A stretch of DNA of 64,000 nt from Macrostomum lignano (taxonomy: Eukaryota). The position numbers and the translations under genes were made by a program. Location: assembly GCA_002269645.1 (NCBI GenBank), contig NIVC01000195.1:434001-498000 (forward strand), given 5' to 3'. This document shows positions 60,139 to 64,000 of this stretch, piece after piece; position 1 is the first letter of the stretch; every line of letters starts with the position of its first letter. The notes beneath the pieces were generated by a model. That model saw only the letters and a list, made by a program, of their open reading frames with translations, made no database searches and was not told the DNA's origin.

Positions 60139-61240
60139 AAAATAGACAGATTTTTTAAGATTTCAAGGCTTGTGGGAGCATTGCTGAGATGTCAAGGGGG
60201 GAGTTGATATGTTAAGGCTTGTGGGGGGGATTGCTGACATGTCAAGGCTTACAAGGGTACTGGTAGCGTACTGAAGCATACTGGTAGAAGTAGCTCTGAA
60301 AGAAGGCAAGTATGGTTGAATTTCAATGTCTGTTATAAAATTCTGCACAAACATGTTTTATTGGTACATAAGCCTGGAATTAAAATGAGAATTCGATTCC
60401 TAGCCCCCCTCCCTAAGAATTTTTTTTCATTTAAAAGGATTCGTCCCTTGCTTATTGGCCACCCCGAAGGCCATTTTTTATCAAAAATGATAAAAATAAT
60501 TTTTATCAAACACGTTGACATATACAGGGCTCTAAACTAAAAAACTGTAAAAAGTTGATAGTTTTGTTTTACCTAAAATGCGTTATTAACGATCTCCAAA
60601 AATTCCTATTTTAAGCTTAAGCTTAAGAAAGACACTTAAAGTACTCCTGCTAAAAGGTATATTATATTAGACGAATATTAATTATTTCTGCTCCCCGAAG
60701 GGGGGCAAAACTTTAGCTAGTCCATATACTAAAAATGGTCTGTCTGTGTCTATGTGATCGATTAGAGAAAAAATGGCTCAACCGATTTTGTTCGAACTTG
60801 CACTATTCGATCAGAAATTTTTCCGTGACGGTACATGCATCGTGGCTAAGAAATTGCTCGATGCTAAAGGCATTAAATATTCGGAAAACATGCTTTTTTG
60901 CAAAGGTCAAGCATTAAAATGCATTGTAAGAATGCTAGCAGAAAAACTGACTGGTTGAATTCTGATTCTAAAATAGATTGCATCACAATACACTTTATTT
61001 ATCGTCTGTGTACTGGCTGAATTTGACACTCAATTGAATTGCGTAACAGCTTTGAGTGTGAAAGCATAGCGCAGTACTGAATTTATATTACGTAACCATA
61101 TTGTAAACTTTCATAGACACTGGTACTGACTTGCCTAAGAAATTGATTATGTCATAACTGATTCGTGTGACTTTTTACTCTACCTGAATTGGTGTGAGTG
61201 TTGAATTATATTAGTAGTACAAATTCACTGATAACTTCGA

Positions 61241-61313
61241 TGAGAGCTAGCCTAGAGCTGAACAGACCAGACTGCTAATGCAGCAACCTGGGTTCGAATC
61301 TAAGTAGTTTAAA
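61241..61313 (+). ncRNA. tRNA-like cassette 3
   Basis: Nearly identical to cassette 1, followed by an oligo-T run at ~61326. Confidence 0.55.
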
Positions 61314-61374
61314 AGTAGTACTGTAATTTTTTTTATTAAAAGCTTTTATTCAAGGACTAAATAAAAACACTTAG

Positions 61375-61880
61375 ATTACTGCACTCGATAAGCCAAGAAT
61401 TATTGCTATTAATAAACCAAGGATTACTGCACTCGATAAGCCAAGGATTATTGCTAATATTAAACCAAGGATTAATGCACTTGATTAATCACTTGATATT
61501 GCTATTGATAAAACAAGGATTACTGCACTCGATAAGCCAAGGATTATTGCTATTAACAAACCAAGGATTACTGCACTCGATAAGCCAAGGATTATTGCTA
61601 TTAATGAACCAAGGATTACTGCACTCGATAAGCCAAGGATTATTGCTATTAATGAACCAAGGATTACTGCACTCGATAAGCCAAGGATTATTGCTATTAA
61701 TAAACCAAGGATTAATGCACTTGATTAATCAAGGATTATTGCTATTAATAAATCAAGGATTACTGCACTTGATAAGCCAAGGATTATTGCTATTAATAAA
61801 CCAAGGATTACTGCACCCGATAAGCAAGGGTTATTGGTCTTAATAAACAAAGGATTACTTCACTCGATAGCCAAGGATTA
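61375..61880. repeat. Satellite A, second array
   Basis: Same 24/48-nt family as 56255-58035. Confidence 0.93.
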
Positions 61881-62920
61881 CTGCGCTTGATAAGCTTGGC
61901 TACATGTATAGGATTATTTCTATCCAGGGATGCTTCCTATTTATGGATTCTTGCTATGTGCAGGATGCTTGCTATTTAGGGATTCTTGCTATGTGCGGGA
62001 GGCTTGCTATCTGGGTGGATGCTTTTATCCAGGGGATGCTTCTATTTGGGGGATGCTTGCTATCTGCAAGATGCTTGCTATCTGGGTGGATGCTTGCTAG
62101 GAGTATTAGGGGATGCTTGCTATCTGCGGTTGCTTACTTTTGGAGGCGGGTTCTTGCTACTGGGGGGATGCTTACTGTCTTGGGAATATTTTCTATTTAG
62201 GGGTAATGACTGTGATCTTTGTGAAAGCTATATTTTCTTGTCTGTTTGTTAATTTTAGAAAAAAAAAGATTCATAGCAAATATTATTGTCCATGACAATT
62301 TTAAATGAATAAGGTGATTTTTAAAAGTGATGAAGGACTTAGTTTTTAAGAAAATGTGCTTTTTAATTGATTTCCATAAGCTATTTTTGCTTCGTTCTTA
62401 TTGGGCGCCCCGAAGGGGGGCCGCACTAGATTGCTAGTCCTATATACTAAAAATGAAAATCTTGCTTGCTTGCAATCGATTAGAGAAAAAATGGCTTAAC
62501 CGATTTTCATGAGACTTGCACTGTTCGATCAGAAATTTTCCCGTGACGGTACATGCATCGTGGCTAAGAAATTGCTCGATGCTAAAGGCATTAAATACTC
62601 GAAAAACATGCTTTTTTGCAAAGGTCAAGCAAACTTTTCGACTTGAAATGCATTGTAAGAATGCTAGAGAAAAAACTGACTGGTTGAATTCTGATTCTGA
62701 AATAGATTGCATCATAACTGAATTGTAACTCCGACTTGAATTGCGTCACAGTATTGAAAATGCAGTGTGGAAGCGTAGCACCAGACTTGATTTAGATTGC
62801 GTAACCATATTCTCAACTTTAATTGAGACTGATACTGACTTGCCTGGGAAATTGATTATGAACTGATTCGTGAGTGAGTGTTGAATTATATAAGTGCTAC
62901 AATTTCATTTATAAATTCGA

Positions 62921-62990
62921 TAATAGCTAGCCTAGAAGTGAACAGACTGGACTGCAAATGCAGCTACCTGGGTTCGAATCTAAGTAGTGA
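62921..62990 (+). ncRNA. tRNA-like cassette 4
   Basis: Best-folding copy: CTGGA-CTGCAAA-TGCAG arm (GCA in the anticodon position, Cys-like), short variable loop, GGTTCGAATC, T6 at ~62995. Confidence 0.55.
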
Positions 62991-63039
62991 AAAGTTTTTT
63001 ATTAAAACCTTTTATTAAAGGACAAATAAAGGACAAAAG

Positions 63040-64000
63040 GCGTCAGGTAAAAAAGCATAGAAGCGTCATGTAAAAAATCATAGAAGCGTCATGTAAAAAT
63101 CATAGAAGCGTCATGTAAACAATCATGAAAGCGTCATGAAAAAATCATAGAAGCGTCATGTAAAAAATCAAAGAAGCGTCATGTAAAAAATCATGAAAGC
63201 GTCATGAAAAAATCATAGAAGCGTCATGAAAAAATCATGGAAGCGTCATGAAAAAATCATGGAAGCGTCATGTAAAAAATCATAGAAGCGTCATGTAAAA
63301 AATCATAGAAGCGTCATGTAAACAATCATAGAAGCGTCATGTAAACAATCATAGAAGCGTCATGTAAAAATCAAAGAAGCGTCATGTAAAAAATCATAGA
63401 AGCGTCATGTAAACAATCATAGAAGCGTCATGTAAACAATCATGAAAGCGTCATATAAACAATCATAGAAGCGTCATGAAAAAATCATGAAAGCGTCATG
63501 AAAAAATCATAGAAGCGTCATGTAAAAAATCAAAGAAGCGTCATATAAAAAATCATAGAAGCGTCATGTAAAAAATCATAGAAGCGTCATGTAAACAATC
63601 ATAGAAGCGTCATGTAAAATATCATAGAAGCGTCATGTAAACAATCTTGAAAGCGTCATGTAAAAAATCATAGAAGCGCCATGTAAAAAATCATAGAAGC
63701 GTCATGTAAACAATCATAGAAGCGTCATGTAAAAAATCATAGAAGCGTCATGTAAAAAATTCATAGAAGCGTCATGTAAACAATCATGAAAGCGTCATAA
63801 AGAAATCATAGAAGCGTCATGCAAAATTATAGAAGCGTCATGTAAAAAATCATAGAAGCGTCATGTAAAATATCATAGAAGCGTAATGTAAAAAATCATG
63901 AAAGCGTCATGAAAAAATCATAGAAGCGTCATGTAAAATATCATAGAAGCGTCATGTAAAAAATCATAGAAGCGTCATGTAAAAGATCATAGAAGCGTCA
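63040..64000. repeat. Satellite B, second array
   Basis: Same ~23-nt unit to the end of the window. Confidence 0.95.

Larger units (their letters stand above)
55616..60720 (+). mobile_element. Non-autonomous Helitron, unit 1
   Basis: Starts A|TCTAATATACTAAAAATG; ends hairpin GCTCCCC-GAA-GGGGGGC + 13 nt + CTAG; contains two tRNA-like cassettes, satellite A, satellite B and TTAGGG repeats. Confidence 0.85.
60721..62437 (+). mobile_element. Non-autonomous Helitron, unit 2
   Basis: Starts TCCATATACTAAAAATG immediately after the CTAG of unit 1; ends CCCC-GAA-GGGG hairpin + GCACTAGATTG + CTAG; one tRNA-like cassette, satellite A only. Confidence 0.85.
62438..64000 (+). mobile_element. Non-autonomous Helitron, unit 3 (runs past the window end)
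   Basis: Starts TCCTATATACTAAAAATGAAA right after the CTAG of unit 2; same 5' core; one tRNA-like cassette, satellite B only within the window. Confidence 0.8.

Noticed and set aside
56156-62990. Calling the four tRNA-like cassettes functional tRNA genes
   Set aside because: Acceptor and D stems do not pair and the anticodon differs between copies (GCT versus GCA).

Overview
Eukaryotic (metazoan) genomic DNA with GC-rich spliced exons, AT-rich intergenic DNA and minisatellite-filled introns. This style, plus the TTAGGG repeats, resembles the flatworm Macrostomum; the species is an inference only. Genes: Nkx2.2/vnd homeobox gene (+, 2 exons, starts before base 1); a minus-strand run of POLR3H/RPC8, a RAD51AP1/NUCKS-family gene and the N-terminal exon of anamorsin (CIAPIN1); a 10-exon F-box/WD40 gene (+); a LAMP-family lysosomal membrane gene (-); UQCR10/QCR9 (-). 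The last 19 kb is a Helitron complex. It holds a 9-exon RepHel gene (-) with a 23-aa repeat region, OTU protease, Zn finger, HUH Rep and PIF1 helicase, and a single 1-nt frameshift in the HUH motif. Facing it is a head-to-tail array of three non-autonomous Helitrons (+) in which tRNA-like Pol III cassettes precede satellite blocks. Several MITEs are present, two with target-site duplications. All splice models were read by eye and checked for phase; no searches were run.
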